From sequence record MH992122.1: a stretch of DNA of 64,000 nt; one strand, written 5' to 3'. The notes under the pieces are model-generated. The model had not been told where the DNA came from. It did no database searches and was given only the letters and a program-made list of their open reading frames with translations. The position numbers and the translations under genes are program-made. This document shows positions 1-8,989 of this stretch, piece after piece. Within the stretch, counting starts at the first letter, position 1; every line of letters starts with the position of its first letter. This stretch comes from Escherichia phage OLB35.

Positions 1-2214
1 TTATTTGGCTGCTTCCACAGCCTTCATGAATTTAACGATTTGAGCGACTTGTTCTTTAGAAAGAGTACCACGTCGTCCCATGTAGTCTGACACAATATGA
101 TAATTGGTTTCGAATTCAATAACCATTTTATCATCATTATCGTAAGCATTATCTTTAAGCTTATCGAAAATTTTAGCACACAATTCTAACTTTTTATTCA
201 GTTCTCTGTTAGTAGCACCTGAGAATCGATTCCATCCCCAACGATTATTTACTGTTGAGAGTTTTGCAAAATCTTTACTGATTTCTTTGTTTTTAGAGCT
301 AAAATACTTACTAAGGAAGTTAAGCTCTTCATTACGAGTAATATGATTCAAATAAGGCTGTGCTCTACGACTTGGTGATACATACTCATCATAATCCACT
401 TTATCGATTAGCGTAATATAGTCATTAATTGATTTTTCGAACAAACATTCTACTTCACCAAGTTTACGAACTTTCTTAGCAATCTGTGGACGAACTACAG
501 TGAACTCTTTAATACCTGACAAATCAGCAATACGGGTCAAGAAATTGGAGTCATAGTTCAACCAACCTTTATCTGCGTCAAGACATTCAGCATTAGAACG
601 ATTACGAACTATAGCATAACCTTGGATTTCATCTGCTTCACTTGCCGGAATAAAGAGGTCTTCTGATACCCAAACATCGTTTTCATTCTTAAAGAATCGA
701 TGAGCACTTGGCGATTTAGGACGAGGCTCATTAGTCCGTTTCCTGACTTCAATCCATGGCTTAACGATTTGTAAAAGCTCTGAAGTCTTGTACATGTTAA
801 TGTTGTCGCCATCAAAGATAACTTTAAGGCGTTCCAGAAGTTTCATTGCATCTTCGTCTGTAGGGTCAACGAATAGTACACTTTTACCAAAACCGCGTGG
901 AACTTTACCAGTTAATTTAACCTCGTCTTTAGACATTTCAATTGAATTAAGAGCTCGCATTAATGGAACGCGTCCCTTAACATCGTCAATAACAATTTCA
1001 ACATTTTTAATATTAATGCCAATCAGACTGTTAATTGAAATAGTTGCCGATGAGCTACCACTTTCACGAATACGACGAAGACGAGGGGATTCAACTATAT
1101 CGTATACGACGCCGAGATTACACCACTCAGGCCCCATTTTAAAACGTTTGTACAACTCAGAATAAGTTAGTTGTTCTTTAGAGTATTTCAGTGATTCAAT
1201 ATTAGACCCAGCCTTTTCCATGTATTTACGAGCGGTATAGCCAAGAGAATCAATTTCACGGAACACATGACGTGGGTATTTACAATCAATCCATTTCTTA
1301 GAATCTTCAGCGAACAATTTAGCATCGATTTCTGCAACACGTTTATGGATATTTGCTACCGTACGTTTATCAAATGACAATGCTTCACGAGACGGGGCTA
1401 CATCTAGTTCACCCATAGGGAATTTAATATAAGCTGTAGTGCATCGCGTCATCATCCATGTTTGTTCTTTAATAACACTTCCGATTGGATATACAATACC
1501 GCCGTAAACAGCCATGATATTACCACGTTCACCCCATGGAGCTTCCTTGGCCAAATATACATCGTCAAATTCAGGGAAGTATTTAATATCTTTAACACCA
1601 CGAACTTCTGCAATATCGCCGAGAGGACGCATAACATAAGCAATTTCGGATGCAAACTTTTCAAAATCTTCCGGGTTAACCGGTACAACTACTTCTACAC
1701 CCGTACGGTCATCAGGACCCATCTTATCTACAAAGGTCGGCTTAATCTGTGGACCTGTGTCATCTTGGTAGATTACGTAACCACGAACTTCACCATTATG
1801 ATAAGACGTAAGGTTAAACGTATCAGTATATGCTAATGGAGCTTTAGAGCCGAGTCCGAATCCACCAATGAAATCGTTACTCGATGTTTTAGTTGAAGCA
1901 AAATATGAGTTATAAATTCCTGGCTCTTCGTCATTACCACGAATAGTGAAATCGCTCATACCAGGACCAAAGTCTCGAACTACAAAACGTGGGTCTAAAC
2001 GACCTGGAGCCTGAACAATAAACTTATCAGTGCAACCATTAAGAATTTGCCCATCGATACAGTTTGTAATTAATTCACGTACACAAGCCAATTCTTTGTT
2101 TGTATAAAGGTCATTAGACAAAATCTTATAAACTTTGCTATTGCCTTGAATAGTGAATGCTGTGCTCTTACCGCCTGAACCAATAATCGTTTCTTTAGCC
2201 GTTTCAATAATCAT
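1..2214 (-). CDS. rIIA: rIIA membrane-associated protein
   Basis: 737-aa ORF; N-terminus MIIETAKETIIGSGGKS... closely matches T4 rIIA; ATG at 2212-2214, stop at 1-3. Confidence 0.93.
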   Translation of the reverse strand: MIIETAKETIIGSGGKSTAFTIQGNSKVYKILSNDLYTNKELACVRELITNCIDGQILNGCTDKFIVQAPGRLDPRFVVRDFGPGMSDFTIRGNDEEPGIYNSYFASTKTSSNDFIGGFGLGSKAPLAYTDTFNLTSYHNGEVRGYVIYQDDTGPQIKPTFVDKMGPDDRTGVEVVVPVNPEDFEKFASEIAYVMRPLGDIAEVRGVKDIKYFPEFDDVYLAKEAPWGERGNIMAVYGGIVYPIGSVIKEQTWMMTRCTTAYIKFPMGELDVAPSREALSFDKRTVANIHKRVAEIDAKLFAEDSKKWIDCKYPRHVFREIDSLGYTARKYMEKAGSNIESLKYSKEQLTYSELYKRFKMGPEWCNLGVVYDIVESPRLRRIRESGSSSATISINSLIGINIKNVEIVIDDVKGRVPLMRALNSIEMSKDEVKLTGKVPRGFGKSVLFVDPTDEDAMKLLERLKVIFDGDNINMYKTSELLQIVKPWIEVRKRTNEPRPKSPSAHRFFKNENDVWVSEDLFIPASEADEIQGYAIVRNRSNAECLDADKGWLNYDSNFLTRIADLSGIKEFTVVRPQIAKKVRKLGEVECLFEKSINDYITLIDKVDYDEYVSPSRRAQPYLNHITRNEELNFLSKYFSSKNKEISKDFAKLSTVNNRWGWNRFSGATNRELNKKLELCAKIFDKLKDNAYDNDDKMVIEFETNYHIVSDYMGRRGTLSKEQVAQIVKFMKAVEAAK

Positions 2215-2226
2215 ATTTTTCTCTCA

Positions 2227-2427
2227 TCACAAGTTACGTTTAAAAATTTCTGCTACTTCAAGAAGTTCTTCTTTAGTAGCTGTATCGGTTTGTATTTTAT
2301 ATCGAATTTCTTTAAAGCGTTCTTTAAAGGACTCTGCTGACTCGATATCAAAAAATCTTTGGATAAGCCGGAATTCCCGGAGCACTGCTTTATCAAAAAG
2401 TTCCAAGTCCACGTTATATGTTCTCAT
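2227..2427 (-). CDS. small protein in rIIA.1 position
   Basis: 66-aa ORF with ATG, immediately upstream of rIIA, T4 synteny. Confidence 0.5.
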   Translation of the reverse strand: MRTYNVDLELFDKAVLREFRLIQRFFDIESAESFKERFKEIRYKIQTDTATKEELLEVAEIFKRNL

Positions 2428-2519
2428 AATATTCTCTTCAGTAGATTCCTAGGGCACTATTACTAAAGACCATATAATCTATCATCTTATGTGTAATAGT
2501 GCCTCAGGCTATTCAGGAT

Positions 2520-3620
2520 TTACGCTGTGAAGATTTTATCCCACATCGCAACAACTGCATCTCGGTTATACTTCTTCCATACTGCTTCAGCACGTTTAAC
2601 TCGAGCTTCGTATGTGTCAGTGAATTCTAATACAGCTTTTGTGTAAAGCGCAACTACTTCTTTCTTAGGAGTAGAGGAATCAATTTCTACACGCACAGTA
2701 TCTGGGTCGTATTCGAATGTCGCATGAGGATAATCCTTAAAAACTAACTGAATTACAGGGACACCTTTAGAGATGGCTTCAATAGAACTATTCTCTACCG
2801 TACCCGTGTCAGGACACGTATTGATAAGTGCTTTAGCTGTTTTAAGACGTTCCATGATTTCACTGTGTGGAGCATCAATAATAACAGGATACTTAGCCGG
2901 TGGTGCCCATTTACTAGGACAATAACCAATACCATTTTCGCCTAGTGCTTTAATCGCTTCAAGAGCAACATCAGTACGACGCATTTTAGTGTCATAACGT
3001 TGTGCACTAATAATCAGATCAGTCGCCGGAAGAATTTCAGGTTTCTCATTCAAACAAATAACCGGATAATCTTCAGCTTCAAACAACGGATTTGCTCGCC
3101 AATAATCATAATCAATTTTGTCAGTCAGACCTGAAGTCATATAACAATATTTGCGTTCAAATTCACGGAAGGCTTTAGTAGGAGCATAACTCTTACCACC
3201 GTTCTTATGAATTTGAATAGTCTGGTCCCAAATTTGAACAATGCCACGAGATACAGGTTCAAATGGTGTTGCCATAAAATTCTTATGAACTTTAGAAAGA
3301 CCTGCGTCTTTAATTGCCTGAACGGTTAGTTTGGTCGGTTCCATTGTAACAACGAAATCGTACTCATTAATGCCGGCTAGTTCAACAATCTTACGAGCCA
3401 TAGTATAACTCATACCTAGACTGAATTTAGTCAGATGACCAACAGGATGATGATTAACCTTCCAATCACCAAATGTGTCATTATCAAAGCCGATATAATC
3501 AATATCAGCACCGATGGACACAAGATATTTCAACACATTTAAATGTACTGCTTCAAGACCACCTTGTACACGTTCTGGGTTAAATGGGACTGCGCGAGAT
3601 GGGATAAACATAACTTTCAT
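2520..3620 (-). CDS. glycosyltransferase (GT-B/GT1-like), candidate DNA hmC glycosyl(arabinosyl)transferase
   Basis: 366-aa ORF; C-terminal ...TGTVENSSIEAISKGVPVI... resembles GT1 nucleotide-sugar binding motif; lies between rIIA.1 and 39 where T4 has gene 60/mobA. Confidence 0.55.
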   Translation of the reverse strand: MKVMFIPSRAVPFNPERVQGGLEAVHLNVLKYLVSIGADIDYIGFDNDTFGDWKVNHHPVGHLTKFSLGMSYTMARKIVELAGINEYDFVVTMEPTKLTVQAIKDAGLSKVHKNFMATPFEPVSRGIVQIWDQTIQIHKNGGKSYAPTKAFREFERKYCYMTSGLTDKIDYDYWRANPLFEAEDYPVICLNEKPEILPATDLIISAQRYDTKMRRTDVALEAIKALGENGIGYCPSKWAPPAKYPVIIDAPHSEIMERLKTAKALINTCPDTGTVENSSIEAISKGVPVIQLVFKDYPHATFEYDPDTVRVEIDSSTPKKEVVALYTKAVLEFTDTYEARVKRAEAVWKKYNRDAVVAMWDKIFTA

Positions 3621-3629
3621 AATTAAGCC

Positions 3630-3664
3630 TTATTAAAATTAAAATGAAGCTCCCGAAGGAGCTT
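3630..3664 (-). terminator. intrinsic terminator after gene 39
   Basis: hairpin aagctcc-cgaa-ggagctt (3647-3664), followed on minus-strand RNA by cauuuuaauuuu. Confidence 0.5.
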
Positions 3665-3678
3665 AGGACATCTATCAA

Positions 3679-5499
3679 TTAACCAAGCATCCAATCTTTA
3701 CGGAGTTCAGGGTCGTTACCCATGAGCATTTCAAAGAGTTCTTTCCAATTTTCAGGAAGTTTAACTACGTCGTACACAGGGTTCTGAATCATTTCTTTAT
3801 ATTCATCCCGCTGAAGTGAGCCCAATCCCTTTATGTATCGAATACTATGCTTAGGCAGTGTATCTTTAACTTCTTCATACTCAGCTACAGTATAAAACCA
3901 TTTTTGAGTTTTACCAATTTGTGCAATAATTACAGGCGTTTTAACAAAGCGAATACGTCCTTGTTCAAACAATTCAGGCCAATTACTAAAGAAAGCAAGC
4001 AAAGCCGGATAGATACTTCCAAGGCCGTCATGATCGGCATCGGTCATAATTGCAATATTACGATAGTTCGTATTCTCTGCTTTTTCACCAAGAATAAGAC
4101 CCGTGATAGCACAGATATCAAAGAGCTCTTTGTTCTTCATCATATCAGCATATGACATACCCCAGCTATTCATCACCTTACCACGTAATGGGAATCCACC
4201 GTGTAGTTCACGGTCACGAACATCAATGAGATATCCAATTGCCGAATCACCTTCTGTTAAGAACAATGTCGTATCTGCATCTTTACCACATTGGTTAGCT
4301 TTAATATGCTTATGAACCTTAGCTTTAGTTGCCTTTTTAGCTGCTTTAGTTTCTGCAGCCTTTTCTGCTGCCAATTTACGAGCTAATGCTGCTTCAACAA
4401 TAGGCATAATCAAGGCTTCGTTTTTAAGAAGTGCCTGAGCAATTTTCTTAGCATCTAATTGGATATGATTACGAATATCACCATATGTTGACGTTAAACG
4501 TTCTTTAGTCTGAGAATCAAAACGCATGTTGCTCATGTCTCTAATAAACATCAACATTGTGAGACATTCTTTAACACGAGCTTTAGTGACTTCAATACCC
4601 TTATATTTCTTTTTAATACCCGGCAAAAGATGTTCGCAGATATCGTCCATTACACATTCAACATGATGTCCACCGTTTTTAGTATGGATGTTATTCACAT
4701 AAGTTAAATGACGGAAGCCATCTGGTGATGTTGTGAATGCTATAGAGACTTTATCATTTTCTTGAATGATGTTATCTTCACCAAATTGTTTAGCAAATCG
4801 TTTAAAATTGCCATCAACCTTTTTACCATTAAATGTGAACTTGATATCAGGATAAACGACTGCCAATGTTTGAAGTCGGTCTAAAGTAATATCTAAATAA
4901 ATTTGAGATAAATTATGCTCTTCAAATGAAGTGAAATCAGGAGTGAAGATTACTTTAGTGCCTTTACCTTTAGATTTCTTAGAAGACCATGATTTGTTTT
5001 CCATTCCGTTTGAACAGTTAACAGTGATTTCATTTTCGCCATCTGACGTGATGCCTGTAAACAACGTAGAGAAGATATTAGTTAAACTACTCCCGACGCC
5101 GTTCATACCACCAGTCTTGCGTTCAGAGTCATCGCCAAAGTTACCACCGGCCTTTGGAATAGTCCAGGCTGCTACAGGCCCAGGAATTTGTTCACCTGTT
5201 TGGTCGGTAACTAAACCTTGAGGAATACCACGTCCGTTATCTTCCACCGAAACTTGATTATTTTTAATTTGCACATCAATTTTATTTGCAAACTTAAACG
5301 ATGTACGAATAGCTTCATCAACCGAGTTGTCAATAATCTCATCGATTAATTTAACCAGACCAGGAACATATTCAACTTGTTGATATTTACCAAACAAAAA
5401 ACGCTCGTGGGCTTCTTTAGCAGAAGAACCAATATACATACCACTACGTTTCTTAATATGTTCTACATCTGACAATACCTTAATTTCATTTTTAATCAT
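3679..5499 (-). CDS. 39: DNA topoisomerase II large subunit, gp39 fused with gp60 region
   Basis: 606-aa ORF; MIKNEIKVLSDVEHIKKRSGMYIGSS... near-identical to T4 gp39; single continuous ORF of fused 39+60 length. Confidence 0.95.
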   Translation of the reverse strand: MIKNEIKVLSDVEHIKKRSGMYIGSSAKEAHERFLFGKYQQVEYVPGLVKLIDEIIDNSVDEAIRTSFKFANKIDVQIKNNQVSVEDNGRGIPQGLVTDQTGEQIPGPVAAWTIPKAGGNFGDDSERKTGGMNGVGSSLTNIFSTLFTGITSDGENEITVNCSNGMENKSWSSKKSKGKGTKVIFTPDFTSFEEHNLSQIYLDITLDRLQTLAVVYPDIKFTFNGKKVDGNFKRFAKQFGEDNIIQENDKVSIAFTTSPDGFRHLTYVNNIHTKNGGHHVECVMDDICEHLLPGIKKKYKGIEVTKARVKECLTMLMFIRDMSNMRFDSQTKERLTSTYGDIRNHIQLDAKKIAQALLKNEALIMPIVEAALARKLAAEKAAETKAAKKATKAKVHKHIKANQCGKDADTTLFLTEGDSAIGYLIDVRDRELHGGFPLRGKVMNSWGMSYADMMKNKELFDICAITGLILGEKAENTNYRNIAIMTDADHDGLGSIYPALLAFFSNWPELFEQGRIRFVKTPVIIAQIGKTQKWFYTVAEYEEVKDTLPKHSIRYIKGLGSLQRDEYKEMIQNPVYDVVKLPENWKELFEMLMGNDPELRKDWMLG

Positions 5500-5540
5500 G
5501 TTGTCTCCTCGTTATGAAGGTATTCTATCATCCGAAATCT

Positions 5541-5564
5541 AAAGCAAAAAGGGCCGAAGCCCTT
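5541..5564 (-). terminator. intrinsic terminator
   Basis: hairpin aagggc-cgaa-gccctt (5549-5564), then uuuuugcuuu on minus-strand RNA; overlaps stop codon of upstream ORF. Confidence 0.5.
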
Positions 5565-5988
5565 ATTTAAATTTAATTTTCTGAAGTGCATCAATTGCAG
5601 CCAAACGCCCTTGTTCACTTTTAACTGTAATGACCACATCGCCTGATACGATCACCGAACCATCAACAAATTCTATAGAGCCTTTTTTGAAATCGATAGC
5701 TGTATCTGGTTCCTGAACTTCTTCAAAGAATTTAAATTCTGCACCATAAAGCAGAATATCACCTTGCATACTATGAATAGTTCGGCCATAATCGCCTACG
5801 GCTTCTACAGCAATCATTGAAACACCGTAACCAATCATCTCTTCCACAATAAAATCTTTGGACAATAAAGTAGTATGCAGATTAGTATTAAGACGTTTAC
5901 CAGTCGTATTAAGAATTCTCAAGAAATTATCTTCTTGACCTTTGATAATACGATATTTCTTACCAACTTCAAAACCTTTAAAAGCCAT
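5563..5988 (-). CDS. hypothetical protein
   Basis: 141-aa ORF with ATG; operon position downstream of small zinc-ribbon ORF. Confidence 0.55.
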   Translation of the reverse strand: MAFKGFEVGKKYRIIKGQEDNFLRILNTTGKRLNTNLHTTLLSKDFIVEEMIGYGVSMIAVEAVGDYGRTIHSMQGDILLYGAEFKFFEEVQEPDTAIDFKKGSIEFVDGSVIVSGDVVITVKSEQGRLAAIDALQKIKFK

Positions 5989-5990
5989 AA

Positions 5991-6170
5991 TTAACCCTTT
6001 TTAAGTAAGTCGTAAAAACCACCGTTCACATGTTTAGGAGCAGAAACCCGACGAGTAGACAGACGATGACATTCAGGGCAAACATCGTTTTCTCGTTCAG
6101 AAATCCTTTTAATTTTTTCATATTCATGACCACAATCTTCAGATTGGCATTTATAGTCGTATAACGGCAT
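5991..6170 (-). CDS. small zinc-ribbon protein (CxxC...CxxC), below the ORF-track size cutoff
   Basis: hand translation MPLYDYKCQSEDCGHEYEKIKRISERENDVCPECHRL...; ATG at 6168-6170, stop at 5991-5993. Confidence 0.4.
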   Translation of the reverse strand: MPLYDYKCQSEDCGHEYEKIKRISERENDVCPECHRLSTRRVSAPKHVNGGFYDLLKKG

Positions 6171-6172
6171 TA

Positions 6173-6583
6173 TTATTCCTTAAAATGTGCTTTCAACATT
6201 TGATACAAAGACCATGCCTGGTCGTTATTTTTGATAGTAATCGTCATCACCGGAAATTCAGACAATTCATCAAGTTCTCCAGAGTCTTGCTCTTCAGACG
6301 CTTGATATGGATTTCCAACTTCGTCAAAGAACTCTGCTTCATTCGTGGAGAGCCAGATAAAGTTTTCATCAAGAGTATCACCACCTGTCGCGTATCCAAC
6401 CATGCCAGTAGATGTCACAATTTTAGTAGGACGACCAAGATGGTCAACATCTAATACTTTAAATGGTTTCATGCCAAGACGTCGTGCATAAATCCCATTA
6501 TCGGTGTGGTCCTTAATAAACTCTTCTTGGGCACGTTTATCTTTAAATTGGTACCACGAGTTAACGTGGAATTTATTAGCCAT
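6173..6583 (-). CDS. hypothetical protein
   Basis: ORF 6173-6601; internal ATG at 6581-6583 overlaps upstream stop (TAATG), consistent with coupling. Confidence 0.5.
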   Translation of the reverse strand: MANKFHVNSWYQFKDKRAQEEFIKDHTDNGIYARRLGMKPFKVLDVDHLGRPTKIVTSTGMVGYATGGDTLDENFIWLSTNEAEFFDEVGNPYQASEEQDSGELDELSEFPVMTITIKNNDQAWSLYQMLKAHFKE

Positions 6584-6810
6584 TAGTAAGTTTCCTTCCA
6601 ATAAGTTGTACCGTTTTCAGTGATTTCACGGAAGATACCGTAGATAGGCATTTCATCACCGAGTTTTTCGTAAACGTAAACCACTTCGGTGTAGCATAAA
6701 AATCCGGTCCAGCTTTTCTGTACAACAACTAAATCAGGATTAAACAGAACATCTTCAAACTCATCGATGTTTGAATCAGTAGTTACGTTTTTAATGATTT
6801 GACGTTTCAT
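6583..6810 (-). CDS. hypothetical protein
   Basis: ORF 6583-6855 trimmed to ATG at 6808-6810 preceded by AGAGGAG; the listed longer start would include the promoter. Confidence 0.45.
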   Translation of the reverse strand: MKRQIIKNVTTDSNIDEFEDVLFNPDLVVVQKSWTGFLCYTEVVYVYEKLGDEMPIYGIFREITENGTTYWKETY

Positions 6811-6838
6811 AATATTCTCCTCTTGTTTTGATAGGTCT

Positions 6839-6868
6839 ATAGTATCATAGACCATAGTTGTTGTACAT
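6839..6868 (-). promoter_or_regulatory. T4-type early promoter (-35 TGTACA / -10 TACTAT)
   Basis: motif gataggtctatagtatca shared with other early promoters in the window. Confidence 0.4.
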
Positions 6869-7392
6869 CATTTTAGCAAAATAAAATCAACTTGTTCTGC
6901 CAATGAACGTCTAAACATTAATTGACAACTTCCGAGGATGAAATCAGGTGCTTCATAGACCGCGATGTAGTATCCTTTAGCTTTCAAGAGTTCAACATCC
7001 ACCTGGTCATCAAACCATGCATAAACCGCGTCAACGCTTTCAAATCCAAAATAGAACCCTTGAGCCCAATCTTCACTCAATTCAAATGTGTACTCAATTC
7101 TACGGTATCTTAAGATATTTTGTTCAAGAAGTTTGTCTTCATTTACTGTAGGACGATTAGGGACATTATAGTTGTCGCCGTGATGGTAGAAGTTACCTGA
7201 GATTATTCCATGTTTATCAAGGAACTCCCATGTTTCTTCAGAGTTGTCAGTGCCAGACCAACCGTAAGGTGAGCGTGGTTCTTTATTCCAAGAGGTTTCC
7301 CAAATTCTGACGGCTTTACCGTCTTCGATAGCAATTCCTGGTAATGATTCACGTTGAGTACAAAAACTACGTTCTACGCGGTAAACTAACAT
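6868..7392 (-). CDS. hypothetical protein
   Basis: 174-aa ORF; ATG at 7390-7392 with AGGAG RBS inside hairpin arm. Confidence 0.55.
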   Translation of the reverse strand: MLVYRVERSFCTQRESLPGIAIEDGKAVRIWETSWNKEPRSPYGWSGTDNSEETWEFLDKHGIISGNFYHHGDNYNVPNRPTVNEDKLLEQNILRYRRIEYTFELSEDWAQGFYFGFESVDAVYAWFDDQVDVELLKAKGYYIAVYEAPDFILGSCQLMFRRSLAEQVDFILLK

Positions 7393-7396
7393 ATTA

Positions 7397-7447
7397 TTCT
7401 CCTCTGGTTGATATGGTTATAATATCAAAACCAGAGGAGAAGTAAAC
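7397..7447 (-). promoter_or_regulatory. early promoter embedded in RBS-sequestering stem-loop (PeSL-like cassette)
   Basis: -35 GTTTAC (7442-7447), 17-bp spacer, -10 TATTAT (7419-7424); inverted repeat ttctcctctggtt (7397-7409)/aaccagaggagaa (7429-7441) contains the SD. Confidence 0.5.
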
Positions 7448-7451
7448 AACT

Positions 7452-7871
7452 TTATGCGAAAGCAGCCGGGCTATATTTTTTAATTTGGAATTCAGGAACT
7501 ACCATGAACTGTCCAGCGAAAACGATGTTATAAAGCTTAACACCATCTTCTACCCAACGGTCGCTAATAAAACCAGCAATTTGCTTAGTTTTCCATGGCG
7601 TTCCATCAGTTGCCGCAGCAATAGTGAATTCATGGTCTTTTTCAACAGAAACTGATCTGCATAGTCCCCATTTGAACGCTTTTTCTTCCGGTTCAATGAA
7701 TTGGCCTGAGACATAGCCAATGTTACCATCGGCGTCACGAACTTTAACTTCATTACGTCCAAAAACCGGATCGCTCACAGAAAGAACTTCAACCAACTTA
7801 CCAGCAACTTTAGAGCGAGAAGCATCTGATACGTGTACATAATCACCAATAGAGAGATTTGCAATATTCAT
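7452..7871 (-). CDS. hypothetical protein, paralog family member 1
   Basis: 139-aa ORF; C-terminal ...WVEDGVKLYNIVFAGQF.VVP shared with two neighbouring ORFs. Confidence 0.6.
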   Translation of the reverse strand: MNIANLSIGDYVHVSDASRSKVAGKLVEVLSVSDPVFGRNEVKVRDADGNIGYVSGQFIEPEEKAFKWGLCRSVSVEKDHEFTIAAATDGTPWKTKQIAGFISDRWVEDGVKLYNIVFAGQFMVVPEFQIKKYSPAAFA

Positions 7872-7880
7872 AATAATTCC

Positions 7881-8366
7881 TTAAGCTTTACGAGGAGACA
7901 CATAACGAGTGATTTCGGATTCTTTAACAACTCTGAAGTCACCTAAGAATACGATATTGTATAACTTTTCACCATCTTCAACCCATTGGTCACTAATGAA
8001 GCCGCACATAGTATCAGTTTTGCTTGGATAACCGTATTCATCGATGAAGTCAAATTCTTTATCAGTCTGGAATTCAACGCCTTTGCAAAGGGCCCATTTG
8101 AACTGTACATTATGCTCTGTGGATTCAACTTTTTCTCTTGAAGCAAAAGCACTACTCACAGGCGTTTCCAAGAACTTTGCACGAACATAAGCAAATTTGG
8201 TTTCCTGTGTCCCAAAACTAGGAATAATACGAACTTTTACCTCAGAATCTTCATCTTTAACGCCTTCTTTAAGTTGAATACTTACAACTTCGACCAATTT
8301 TCCTGCGGCTTTAGAACGAGATTTGTTAGATACGCGAACGATTTCACCAATAATACCAAGATTCAT
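7881..8366 (-). CDS. hypothetical protein, paralog family member 2
   Basis: ORF 7881-8429 trimmed to ATG at 8364-8366 (MNLGIIGEIVRV...); ...WVEDGEKLYNIVFLGDF.VV. Confidence 0.5.
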   Translation of the reverse strand: MNLGIIGEIVRVSNKSRSKAAGKLVEVVSIQLKEGVKDEDSEVKVRIIPSFGTQETKFAYVRAKFLETPVSSAFASREKVESTEHNVQFKWALCKGVEFQTDKEFDFIDEYGYPSKTDTMCGFISDQWVEDGEKLYNIVFLGDFRVVKESEITRYVSPRKA

Positions 8367-8428
8367 AATTTCTCTCTCTTTGTTTAAATTGAATTCATTA
8401 TACTCCATCCATCCTTGGATATACAACA

Positions 8429-8923
8429 TTAATTAAGGATATTAACCGCAGCACTACGTGGAACTACACTAAAATCACCTGCATGAACAACGTTCAGAAG
8501 TTCAACACCGTCTTCAATCCACTGGTCAGTTACCCATCCATTTACTGGACCTGCGAACGGACGTCGAATTGAAACATATTTACACAGCAAATCAGTAGGC
8601 TCAATAGGCTTAATCAGAGTACCGTACATACAAGCGATATCCATATCAATACAGATGTCTTTAACGGGTTCTACTTCTTCAATCAACAGTTCAAAGTCTG
8701 TGCTTGGAAGGGCGGTAGTAGAAATTGTACCATATGAATTTTTAATTTCTAAGAATAACCAAGGGCCTTCAGCTTGTTTGATGAAGTTAACAATAGTGAA
8801 ACTATTGCCTTGAGTGGCACCTAAAATTTCACAAAACTTTTCGTAAGCTCGCACTGAAGCACTGTACCAGTTGATTTGTTTTTCGTCTTTCAGGATGTAA
8901 GTAGCCGTAGTATTGATATTCAT
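8429..8923 (-). CDS. hypothetical protein, paralog family member 3
   Basis: 164-aa ORF; ...WIEDGVELLNVVHAGDFSVVP. Confidence 0.55.
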   Translation of the reverse strand: MNINTTATYILKDEKQINWYSASVRAYEKFCEILGATQGNSFTIVNFIKQAEGPWLFLEIKNSYGTISTTALPSTDFELLIEEVEPVKDICIDMDIACMYGTLIKPIEPTDLLCKYVSIRRPFAGPVNGWVTDQWIEDGVELLNVVHAGDFSVVPRSAAVNILN

Positions 8924-8954
8924 AATGTTTTTCCTGTTTGGTTAAGATAGAAAG

Positions 8955-8984
8955 ATTATACTCCAACCATCCTTGGTTGTAAAC
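8955..8984 (-). promoter_or_regulatory. T4-type early promoter
   Basis: -35 GTTTAC (8979-8984), spacer aaccaaggatggttggag, -10 TATAAT (8955-8960); same sequence recurs at 50869 and 51889. Confidence 0.5.
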
Positions 8985-8989
8985 TGATT

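Noticed and set aside
609-2452. Several plus- and minus-strand ORFs inside or antisense to rIIA (609-815, 788-1165, 1452-1688, 1462-1836, 2153-2452)
   Set aside because: They lie entirely within the well-supported rIIA reading frame region, have no RBS and low-complexity composition; shadow ORFs
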